The notes: a model not told the origin generated them from the sequence alone. Positions 14,322-24,818 are shown, counted from the whole stretch's first letter. The stretch is 49,554 bases of DNA, filler included, from Catajapyx aquilonaris (GCA_000934665.2; 2 parts of 2 records of this genome joined end to end with filler, not necessarily neighbours in it); one strand, 5' to 3'. A program made the numbers and translations.

Positions 14322-16666
14322 ATGGCCGAGTTGAGGAACAGGCAGCTGCTGAAGAGCAAGTCTAGTGTGATAGTTGGAGAAGAAGAGGACCTCAGGTTCA
14401 AGATTGTGCTTTTGGGAGACTCTGGAGTGGGAAAGACGTGTCTGATGAAGCGGTACTTCTCGCAAGAAGCGTTCGCCGAAACACCAAAGACCACGATAGG
14501 AATGGACATATTCTCGGATTTGTGTGTGATTGACGGGAATCTCATCAAGGTAACGGTCTGACTGTGTTGTTGCGAGAAAAAAAACCCTCTGACAATGGGG
14601 CTATTATGACAGGGAAAGGAATGGCTAGGGGGGTGATATAACGAGCTGAGAACAATATATAGAATTATCAAGTGCGCGAATAAATAGCTAGAGATAATGA
14701 CAAGTACAATGCAACCTTGCATCTTAGCCGACTAAAGGGGACACAGAAAATGCGAATTAATCTTAACAGTTTGTGTCATAATAAAATGGGAATGCACGTG
14801 CGTCAATTGTGTTCCAGTGTTCTACTATAAAAATTACAGCAGTTGCTATCAGGTTACATCGCATACCAGAAATTGGGCTGACATACTAAGATAAAACGTG
14901 TGATAATGATTATTTTCAGTCCTTATTTTTATTCGGTCATTATCGCTTGTGCTGTGGCATTACAGAAATTTTACCTAAAAAATCTGCTTGCAAAATTGCA
15001 CCATTTGTAATATACCACGATTTCTACATAACCATGATGTGCAGTCGAAGCTACACATCCGCTCATAAATTACGTAACACCGCCAGCAAATCAACACGCG
15101 GCAGTAAATAATGAGCAAGATTTTCGCATCGTAAAGATTTAAATAAAAGTTAGGCAAAAATTCGCCAAATATTTACCTTTCCATATTACACTGCAGTGTG
15201 TAATACTCTGTGTTATTACTTCCTCCTCTTCATGACCTTCTTATTTTCAAATGTGCTACAACCTAACTTTATGTGACTATAATACACAGACGCGCCTTTT
15301 CGCTGCACCCCAAGTTCTCAGTCAAGTTCTTGGTTCTTTTTATTAAAGTAGGCGGATTTTATTTGGATTCATGCACGGAGGCGGGGGCTAGACAAAATAA
15401 ATATAATCATGAGCCCGGGTAAGTGACACGACCAAGGCCGACTCTTGGACCTTGATGGAACCATCCTTTAGACAGGGCGTGAAATACTATGTACGCGGCG
15501 GGTGCAGACCGCAAGTAATTGCAGCCTCCATGACAAATGCGGATCCTGCTCGAGTTGAACATACTGTGTAGACAAAAGCTTTCGTATAGCCTTGAGAGAA
15601 TAAATTCACAGTAATAACCGTAATAAATGAACAGTCAGGCTAATGGAATTCCAGGTTTCGAGACGCACTTAATTATACCTTGTATTTCTTCTAGGTATAT
15701 TTCTGGGACACAGCGGGTCAAGAGAGATACCACACTGCACTCAGAGAAAGCTATTTTCGATCTATAGACGCCATAGTAGTAGGTAAGCATATTGTGAATC
15801 ATGCCAAACTGTTGGGTGTGTCTGACCTTCCGATTTGTATTTTTTTTTGCAGTGTATGACATAACCGATGTTGATAGCTTCAAGCACGTGGAAAGTTGGA
15901 TAAAAGAAGCGAAGAATTACAGCTCAAAGGACAACTTTGTCTGCATGCTTCTGGGTAAATGACCTGTAATGTGATGATGGCATCACCGTCTAATAATAGA
16001 TCTTGACTTCCAGGAAACAAGTGTGACCTAGAGAACCACCGGAAAGTGTCGAAGAAAGAAGCAGAGAAACTGCTGCAATGCCATCCTGAAATCTACTGGG
16101 TGTTTGAAACCTCGGCCATGGAAAGCACCAACACCGAAAGAGCATTCGTGACTTTGGTCAGCGAACTTGCGGTCAGTTTATTAAGTCAACAGGGTGTGAC
16201 TAATGATAATATTTACACACAATTACCCAAGGATATAACGCATATGTAAAAATAATATTTGTTACATACAGTGGGTGAAATTCTTTCGAACAATATGACT
16301 TTCAGTGTAATTGTTGCTGGAGCCGTATACTCATCAAGGTCACTCGCAATCGACAAAGTCGATTGACGTCAAAATGACGTCGCCAATGATGACCAGGGCA
16401 GGGCGAGGAGAATTGGTGACGTCATTTTGACATCAATCGACTTTGTCGATTGCGAGTGACCTGGATGAGTATACGGCTCCAGACTCTCATTATTCTCATT
16501 ACAGAGAAAGTACGAAGGTGTTGATAAGGCCAGAAAAAGACGCCAGCTTGATATTGTGCGACTGATGGACGACGGAGACATTACAAGGCGATACATGATC
16601 AGGACTGGAAGATACGACACAAACAGGAACTGTAGAGGAAAAAGTGTTGGATGCGGTTGCTCGTGA
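14322..16666 (+). CDS. Divergent Rab-family small GTPase (Rab43/Rab19-like paralogue), 5 coding exons, about 245 aa
   Basis: Hand-spliced exons 14322-14549, 15695-15782, 15853-15954, 16014-16171 and 16505-16666, all GT..AG with consistent phases (0,1,1,0). Motifs: FKIVLLGDSGVGKT (G1), TTIGMDIF (switch I), [10 protein letters not shown] (G3), VYDIT, GNKCD (G4), ETSAM (G5), C-terminal CGCS*. AATAAA near 16903. The start ATG is inferred; the frame is open further upstream. Confidence 0.88.
16317..16482. mobile_element. Palindromic MITE-like element in the last intron of the Rab-like gene
   Basis: Arms of about 71 bp (CTGGAGCCGTATACTCATC...CCAAT / ATTGG...GATGAGTATACGGCTCCAG) with about 3 mismatches around a 24-nt spacer. 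No clear TSD. Confidence 0.75.
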
Positions 16667-17363
16667 TCACGATTTAAAAGGAAACGAACACTGTGCTCTT
16701 ATTCTTTAAAAAGTCACGTTCCCAGTTAATGTGGCTTTATGACGCCACTTTGACGGAGCTGTATTGTGCACAATATTTTGTATTCTCGGGAGTGTGTGAG
16801 TACCGCGCACATGCTTCCGGTTTTTAAAACGGTGACAATGGAGCTTGAACCTGGTTGTGCTTTTTTTTCTGTACTTAACATGTGTCGAGAATTTCAATTT
16901 ATAAATAAATAAATACATGTATATAAAGTGTGTCTCTTGTAGATTAATATTGATGTGTTCAGCATGTCCCTTTTTTCACTTCAGAAAATAGCGAAAATGC
17001 AACGTACCGTACTTTATTAATTATTTGTGTATGAAAAAGTACACAGATTGATATTCTCATGAATTGCAGTAATTTGTTTTAATAATTATTGATTTAATTA
17101 AAAATTTGACCCATCCCTCTCTCAACTGTTGATTCAACGCTCCAGCAGGCATTTTTGCCACGCTCCGTTAGATCTTAATTGATAACAAACAGTTAATTAA
17201 AACTGTGCACACCCAGACCGACCTTGACACCAGCCCTATTTGATCGCAAATGGAAGGTTATCTCATTATTATCACTTGACAATTTCAATATTTGAATTCA
17301 CGCGCAATTGATTAAATAAGACTAGAATTTGTAAACGCATCTGGTTTACATCAGTGAGGACAA

Positions 17364-17490
17364 CCAATCACAGCTCGAGATAGGATCAAACGGACCAATG
17401 GCTGTCCTGTGACGCATGCGCAGTGTGCACTTTTTGTTCTCAGCTGTTAGTAGGCGACAGTGGTGCCACCTGAAAATTCAAGATGGCTCT
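17364..17490 (+). promoter_or_regulatory. Probable TATA-less housekeeping promoter of Rab43
   Basis: Two CCAAT boxes (17364-17368 and 17395-17399, 31 bp apart), an NRF1/Ewg-like GACGCATGCGCA (17411-17422) and a YY1-like CAAGATGGC (about 17479-17487), all within about 215 bp upstream of the ATG. Confidence 0.6.
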
Positions 17491-17578
17491 CTGCTGATCC
17501 TTTGCTGATTTTTTTTTTGGATTTTTGTTATTATTATATTTTTTTCTCTTTGTTCCCTTTGCGGTGGATCCCCCAGTG

Positions 17579-20113
17579 ATGTCCCGCAGCAGCATGACCG
17601 CATCGTCTTCAATGTCGGACGACAGCTTCGACTTCCTGTTCAAGATCGTGCTGATCGGGGACTGCGGAGTAGGGAAGACCTGCGTGGTGCAGCGGTTCAA
17701 GTCTGGAACCTACGTTGAAAGGCACGGGAACACCATAGGAGTCGACTTCTCCATGAAGACCATGATGGTCGAAGGGAAGAAGGTCAAGCTGCAGATCTGG
17801 GACACCGCGGGGCAGGAGAGGTTCAGGACCATCACGCAGAGCTACTACCGTTCCGCTAACGGAGTCATCATCGGTACGCTTCCTCAGCAAATGAAATGGG
17901 CATCATATTAAAGTCTGTTTATAATGTTGCAGTGTATGACATCACAAGGAGGGCGTCTTTTCTCAGCCTTCAACGATGGATTGAGGAAGTTAGGCGTTAT
18001 ACTGCTTCCAATGTGGTCCTCATGGTTGTTGGTAAGTCTGCCGTCCCAAAGGTAAAACACCTTATCTGCAAAAACTAGTAAGGGTCTGCCATCCCAAGGT
18101 AAAACACCCTAACTGCAAAAACTAGTAAGGGTTTGCCGTCCCAAGGTAAATCACCCTAACTGCAAAAACTAGTAAGGGCCTGCCGTCCCAAGGTAAAACA
18201 CCTTATCTGCAAAACTAGTAAGGGTCTGCCGTCCCAAGGTAAAACACCTTATCTGCAAAACTAGTAAGGGTCTGCCGTCCCAAGGTAAAACACCTTATCT
18301 GCAAAAACTAGTAAGGGCCTGCCGTCCCAAGGTAAATCACCCTAACTGCAAAACTAGTAGGGGCCTGCCATCCCAAGGTAAAACACCCTAACTGCAAAAC
18401 TAGTAAGGGTCTGCCATCCCAAGGTAAAACACCCTAACTGCAAAAACTAGTAAGGGTCTGCCGTCCCAAGGTAAAACACCTTATTTTCAAAAACTAGTAA
18501 GGGTGAAAGTTACGTTGATTAATATTTTATTATTTTGTTTGTGTAGGGAACAAGTGTGACCTGGAGAGCCTGAGGGAGGTTGAATTTAGTGAGGCTGAAG
18601 CTATGGTGGATTACATCCCTGAGATTATGTTCGTTTTGGAGACGTCTGCCAAAGAGAACACCAATATTGAGGATGCCTTTGTGGCCCTGGCTACTGAGCT
18701 GAAGGTATGAATCATTTTAAATTTTAAATTTTTTGGCAATGCACGGATAATCCGCACCCGGATAATCAGGAGTACAGTGTATTTGCTATGATGGTTGCTA
18801 CAGATTCAACACCATGCGACGGAAGGAGTATAAACTAGCATGAGCCAGTACGTCGATCCTTCCTGTACTTTATAGGATGGGTAGGCGCCTTCTTGCAACT
18901 TATGCACAGGCGTGGCAGCCGTTGGACGAGACCAAGCGGCGAGCCAAGCGTGCCTGCCTATACGTCTCCAGGAAAAGTCATGCCAAACAGAGAGTGTTGG
19001 TCACATGGACAAGGCAGAAAGTTAGGGCAGTTGTTCACTACCAGTGGTCAACATTTCACATACGACATTCATTGCTGGCTAGTGGAGTGTATGGTCTAGA
19101 GATGTCATGTCTGAGCAAGTGGTGCAGCAATATGGTGCCAGCAATTCTGGAATCAGCTCATGAGTGTGAAGGACAACCAGAGACCCAGACTACTGGCCAC
19201 GGCAATAACCTACAGTGTCCTCAAGTGTCCTAACTTCTGACTTAGTCCATGTGACCAACACTCTCTGTCTGGCATGATTTTTCCTGGCGGAATGTGGGCG
19301 GGTACGCTGAGCTCGCCACTCGGTCTCATCCGACCACTGCTGTGCCTGCGCATAAGTTGCAAGAAGGCACCTACCTGTCCTATAAAGTAGAGGAAGGATG
19401 GACGTACATGCCCCATCCCCGTCTTTGTCCTGTCCTTCGCATGGCGTCAAAACTGTAGCATCACGAAACTTATCTTCCGACTAGCCCTCGTAATTGTTGA
19501 AGGGGTAGTTTTAAAATTCTGTGTCGATAAACAGATACCCAGTGAATCATTGTGCCAAGGGACACTTTTATTAGTCATCCGTACACGACTGAAAATTCTG
19601 CAACTTGCTCTTTCGACAAAAGCAGTTTAAAATGGTGGTCTTTTTAACAAGGAGCGGTTTATCTTTTTTGATTGGCCATTGACATCGGCATTTATTACTG
19701 CCTAGTTAGAGTTCTCGAACCAGCCTTTCTTACCATATGTGATGTTAATTTTTGAAAGGAACCAAGGGGGCCATTCTGAATGATTCTGAAGATAAAATTT
19801 ATGTTGCAGAAGTAACAGATACTTGTGGCGTCGGGATGTAACAATATGAAGTGCTTTAGGTTATATTTTACCCATTTGAAGTTACTACCTAAAATTGTGA
19901 CTTTTTTTTGTATATGTGAGTGGAAGCCCTGAGATTGCAGAAAATGGCACAATAATGTTACACAGCACAGTAGTAATCTAAATCAGTAAATTTCCTTAGC
20001 AAAGGCAAGAAGGTGTCGGCAACATGGAGGCCATGAAGAGCAACACTGTGCGACTAGGAGAAGGCCAAGCTCTTTCTTCCAGATGTGACCCTTGTTCCTT
20101 CCGATTGCCTTGA
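17579..20113 (+). CDS. Rab43: Ras-related protein Rab43 (Rab19/Rab43 subfamily), 4 coding exons, about 221 aa
   Basis: Exons 17579-17873, 17933-18031, 18547-18704 and 20000-20113 (GT..AG, phases 1,1,0). [45 protein letters not shown]...[26 protein letters not shown] is characteristic of Rab43/Rab19. Also GNKCDL, ETSAK and C-terminal [15 protein letters not shown] at 20197-20202. The true start could be a later in-frame ATG. Confidence 0.93.
18036..18503 (+). repeat. Minisatellite, 10 copies of a 46-48 bp unit, in Rab43 intron 2
   Basis: Unit consensus GTCTGCCGTCCCAAGGTAAAACACC(T/C)TA(T/A)CTGCAAAA(A)CTAGTAAGG, counted directly. The array starts at the 5' splice site. Confidence 0.95.
18796..19460. 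mobile_element. Foldback/long-TIR non-autonomous DNA transposon in Rab43 intron 3
   Basis: Imperfect inverted arms of roughly 230 bp (TGCTACAG...CCATGCG...CCTTCTTGCAACTTATGC...CAGAGAGTGTTGGTCACATGGAC and its reverse complement at about 19225-19460). The mirror-image ORFs 18877+ and 19450- in the track reflect this. Confidence 0.85.
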
Positions 20114-21402
20114 GAGCTACGCTACGCTAAGAAGAAACCTGCCTCATAAAGTCGTGCCTTTATTTCACCCCCATCTGGCTGTGATGGGATGTGAGGAATA
20201 AAATTGTTGTAATTTCTGCTCTGCAAAATGCCTAACAAAGTGCCTGGTGTCAAGTTGATCATATTTTGTGAACTGAACTGGGGAAAGAAGGATTTTGTGC
20301 TGTGGCCGTGTCTGGTTTATTTTCAATGGAGGTTACGACCATTGTTGTTGCATTGCCAAGAGTAGTTATTTTCATGTATTTTTTTGCTCTTCTGTATTCT
20401 TTGTCCTGTATGTCGACTCAGTACATTCAAATTGTTACATTTCTTACATTGGTCTGTAATACAGTATTTTACTGCATTTGTTCTCTCTTTTGTTCAAAAC
20501 CTATCTTTTTAAAGTGTCATAAAAATAATATACTGTATAATTATGCCAGTAGAAAAGATTATGGTGTATCCAAGGCATGCTGTGGTCAGGTTTTACTGTG
20601 TTAATATTGGAACCTTATAATTTTTTTTTTTGGGAGCACAGGGTAGCTTTATGCAATTATAAATTATGGGCTATTTTAATTTGTGATTATTACAGTGACA
20701 TCAAGTGTTATCATGGAAGCGTTTAAGTTGGACAACGACACTGATCATTTTGCTCAGTATACCATGACCTGATTGGTTAGGCTTCATACACAGTGAACTC
20801 CTCGTGGTGCACCGACCTGGAAGGACAGGTGCGAGGACAGGGACGAAGGTCAGGCTGTAAAGGTAATGCGCAATTCCATCTGCAAAACGTCGAGCTCAGT
20901 ATAAAAGGTTTCCCCTCATTTCCCCATAGAAAGCAGATACCGTACATTCAGAATAAGGTCACTTTATTGCTGCCAAGTTAACACTACAGTGAACATTGCA
21001 CAGGAGCAAACACTCAATACAAATCCATGCAAGTACATTGAGACCTGGATCTTTCTCATGGTGCTGACCAGAATAAATATGTACATTGGACTAAAATAAA
21101 TATAAAACATAAAATAAAATATCAAAGCTACATATTCTTGCTTGTTCCTAATTTAACAGACCTGCATAGACTGCCAAAAAGGCAAAACAGACTTACTTTT
21201 ACAGCGTTGGGTTGAAAAAACTTCCCGCTGTTTAATTAGAAATGCAAATATTTCATTCCCGCATAACAATCTAACTACAAATTATGCATAAGCTATTAAT
21301 CAACAGTTCGATACCATGGCCTTTATGATGGAATAATACAAACCACCCTGACACCTTCATAATGAAAACAAAATGTATTGCATGTGGTTTACCTCGCCCA
21401 TG

Positions 21403-21564
21403 GAGCGCCTGCACAAATGCACTAACAGCGGGCACCTTCACATGCATCATATCCTCTGGGCTCCCGTTCATGACTGAAGTCATCCATCCCTCCAGCCCCT
21501 TGGCGAAGTTGCGGATGGCCTGCGTCAGGGAGCTGGGTATGGGCCTCAACATGTCTGCTATCAA
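21403..21564 (-). pseudogene. RFX: Isolated fragment of an RFX transcription factor (conserved C box/dimerisation region)
   Basis: Translates to LIADMLRPIPSSLTQAIRNFAKGLEGWMTSVMNGSPEDMMHVKVPAVSAFVQAL, matching my recollection of the RFX1/2/3-type sequence LIPDVLRPIPSxLTQAIRNFAKxLExW...KVxAxSAFAQTLRR. No other RFX exon (e.g. winged-helix DBD) was recognised in the window. Confidence 0.8.
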
Positions 21565-22127
21565 ACATTTATAATGCATGTTGGTTAAGGTTCCAGGTGA
21601 AGGGTCATCTGGTTCTGAGGCCTCTTTTCCCTTCTTTTGGTGAGAACTGCAGTAGACGTAGGGTATTTAACAGACTTCGGAGTGTTCCGATGAGACCAAC
21701 AATGCGGTACTGTATTTATTGATAGAACCCGCCACAAGGCACCACGAAAGACAAAAAATAGCATTATTTTATGTTCCTGTTGTTTGGACTCAAAAAGGTT
21801 GAAGTGTTGTGCTTATGTTCAGATTGTGTTGTTATCGTCATATTTTTCAATATAAAAAGTTTATAATGTCTTTTTCAAACCAGCTTTAACGTAAAACGGC
21901 GTAAAATGGAGTAGTGTAAAACGGGTACCTCCTGTATTTGATAACTGGACGGTGTTATGCAATAATGTGTCAACTCACATGAGACCAGTTTTGAGAAAAG
22001 GGGCTTTGTATGCCATGCCTGTGAAATTAATTGAGTGTTCTTTTCGGTCATTTGTGGCAGAAGTAGCTATGCAGATTTCACCAGCGTGATTTTAACTGAA
22101 TTAAGACTTACGTAGGATCCTTTAGGT

Positions 22128-22329
22128 CAGCGGTTCTTAGCCTGGAGGTGCCCGCACCTCCAGGGGGTGCTAGGTGGCTTCACTGGGGGTGCGAGCAAGG
22201 TGCACATCTGGCTAATAACTGGTCTGACTATATCAACTTAATCAATCACCCCTGGTATAGGGGGTGTGACAAGGACCAATATATTGTCTACAAAGGGGTG
22301 CGGAGGCCCGTAAAGATTAAGAACCTCTG
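22128..22329. mobile_element. hAT-family MITE
   Basis: Imperfect TIRs CAGCGGTTCTTAG / TTAAGAACCTCTG with a perfect 8-bp TSD CTTTAGGT (22120-22127 and 22330-22337). Confidence 0.88.
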
Positions 22330-23366
22330 CTTTAGGTATATGTTCCTGGGTTTGGCTCAATTGTGACATTTTTGTTGACTCAAAGTTAAAAAAAAATTAT
22401 ATAATAATCTTATGGTGCATAATAATAATCCGGTCAAAACATTCCCGCGCCTTGTTCGCCTGTAGTTCGGGAAATGACCCCTTGTTGGCGCAGCAGGTTG
22501 GCGCAAAAGGAATCATGGCTCCCGAACGAAGTTGCGGTCCTTTGTTCTTCTTCATGGCGTGGTCTGCTTCCCTGGCCAGGTTCCACTCGGGTCCAAGGGC
22601 CAGGAGAAAGGTCCTTCGGGGTGGTGCACAGGTTCGGTACAAACCGACGGTGAGTTTGGGAGTGATGAACACAGGTGCATGTTTGTGAGGCATTATTCCT
22701 TAGTACCACCTTATTATGGAAGCATGCCGGGGCCGGCCTTTATAAACCAAAAGTCTGTAGTTTATATAGCCGAGGCTGTTACATCTGGATTCAATAAGTA
22801 CTGTACAATCCCCAGAGCAGCAGGGTAACATTGCGCTAACAATATAGCTAGTTGGTAAACAACAATTGACATTGCTAGGTGATGGAATGATGAACAAATG
22901 AAGTATTTGACGGAAGAAAAATTGGTGAAATAAATCAGAACTTAAATCCTGCAGCAGGTGGAACTGCGAGGCTTTGAACATAGATCCGCACCATCCTACT
23001 GCGCATTCGGCCCTTTGATGAAGAAACCAAATTCCGAATAGTTATTGAGCAAAAAAATAGAGACGTATTTTTTTGTGGTTTTAAATATTTTGCGGCGTTT
23101 TGAAGAGGAATTGAGTTTAGCTGTAAATGGTAGGAATGCACTTCACGACGGTGGGGATCTGTGTTCAAAATTTGGAAGCTCTACCTACAGCAGAACTTGA
23201 GTTAGGGCGAATAATCAAAGCATAACAAGATGTTGAAAAAATTCATTCATTCATTCATTTCCTTCACGGCATATTCCCATCAAGATGGGGTTACCAGCGA
23301 TGACCAGGTACAGTCCACCTGGCCATCTCGAACGACCAGTATAATGAATCCTCTGGTGACTGTTTA

Positions 23367-24391
23367 GGGCCGGTTGCACGAACCGTTCCTAGCCCGCTCC
23401 TAGGAGCGCTCCTACGTAGGGGCTCCCTACGGGTAAGAGCGCTCCCAGGTGGCTGAGGGTTGCACCAACCCAAACTAGGAGGCATCCTACGTACAGGCCT
23501 TCCTTCCCTTGTTATCGGGCAGTCGCGCCAGGCTTCAACACCGGTCTTCATGAACTGGTTATTTATTAATAAAATAACTGTTCTTACATGCATTAAAATA
23601 ATATTACACAGCTGGAGAATATGTTTTATACGCTTAAAAACATAAATTAGCTTATTTAGCGATGCACGTGGTCGTGCATGACGCAATCATGGCAGGCAGG
23701 TTTTGGGCCAAGGCGGGCCAAGCAAGGAGCCCCGAACAAGGCAAAAGATGTGGGAAATTTTAGTGACGCTGAGAAAAATTTAATTTTTGGTGTCGCTGTT
23801 TAATTTAATCACCCACATTTCTGTCTTGCCATCGAAACATTTGCGAAGTAATTAGGATGAAAAACGGCCGAGATAGCAGAGGCATGCAATATACTTAATT
23901 ATGATTGCCCAAATGGTAATTTCTAAAATTTAAATATATGGTTAGATACACAAAGATTTGCACTATCCAGGGTTCACAGGAAAACTTTTGTGGCCTCCGG
24001 TAAGTGACGAATAAAAAGACTTTTTTGGCGTAACGCCCGGCAGCGTATCAAAACATGACACCTTTCCACCTTCTTTCTGGGATAAAAAATTACACAAAGA
24101 ACATAGGAAAACATCTTGCACATATCCTACGAGGATTTAAAGAAGCTTTCTAATGATATATAACATGATTTTTTTGAATCATCTGCCTAGGAGTTGTTTC
24201 GAATCAAACACAAGACTCGACAGATTAGGGAGGAAAGACCTTGGACTGCTGGGAGCGCTCCCAGCCGGTAAGAGTGGGTCCGGGCCTTCCTAGCAGCTAG
24301 GAGCGCTCCCACCACCTAGGAGGGGTTGGTGCAATGAAATCCCTTCCTAGGAGCGCCCCCACATCCTAGGAACGGTTCGTGCAACCGGCCC
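23367..24391. mobile_element. PIF/Harbinger-type non-autonomous element
   Basis: 26-bp TIR GGGCCGGTTGCACGAACCGTTCCTAG at both ends, subterminal (TA)GGAGCGCTCC repeats, TTA on the left flank and ATA on the right. Confidence 0.85.
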
Positions 24392-24623
24392 ATAATGAAT
24401 AGGATGATAATGAAAAGGATGACATGAATACATACAGACACACAAACACACGCGCAATACACACATATAAATATACAAAAAATCATATAAAAACTATGTA
24501 AAATCTATGTAAAAATGAGTCTCCGGTGTTGAGCCAAAAAAATTCACAGTTGAAAATTGCTGTATGGTCTTACTAAGGGGCTGCTGCTGCTAAAATTATT
24601 ATTATTATTATTATTATTATTAC

Positions 24624-24718
24624 TGTGTGAAAGGATATAGTCAGGTTAGTGAGAGAATAATGTGGGTGAGTCTGAAGGTGGTTAAGACTAGGATTGTGGT
24701 TGTGGCTGTGTATGCACC
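24624..24718 (+). mobile_element. Non-LTR retrotransposon (LINE, RTE/CR1-like) apurinic-endonuclease fragment, truncated by the assembly gap
   Basis: Reads CVKGYSQVSERIMWVSLKVVKTRIVVVAVYAP; the ERIM...V..YAP pattern is typical of LINE AP endonucleases. Starts directly after a (TTA)n tract. Confidence 0.7.
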
Positions 24719-24818
24719 NNNNNNNNNNNNNNNNNNNNNNNNNNNNNNNNNNNNNNNNNNNNTTAATTAATTAANNNNNNNNNNNNNNNNNNNNNNNNNN
24801 NNNNNNNNNNNNNNNNNN
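24719..24818. other. Artificial assembly spacer (44 N + TTAATTAATTAA + 44 N = 100 bp)
   Basis: Exactly symmetric N runs around a 12-mer that puts stop codons in all six frames: a scaffolding linker, not biology. Confidence 0.93.

Noticed and set aside
18036..18503. Regular repeat array resembling a CRISPR locus
   Set aside because: The units are head-to-tail with no unique spacers, lie in a spliceosomal intron, and no cas genes are present; it is a minisatellite.
24763..24774. TTAATTAATTAA palindrome between N runs
   Set aside because: Synthetic six-frame-stop linker in an exactly 100-bp gap.
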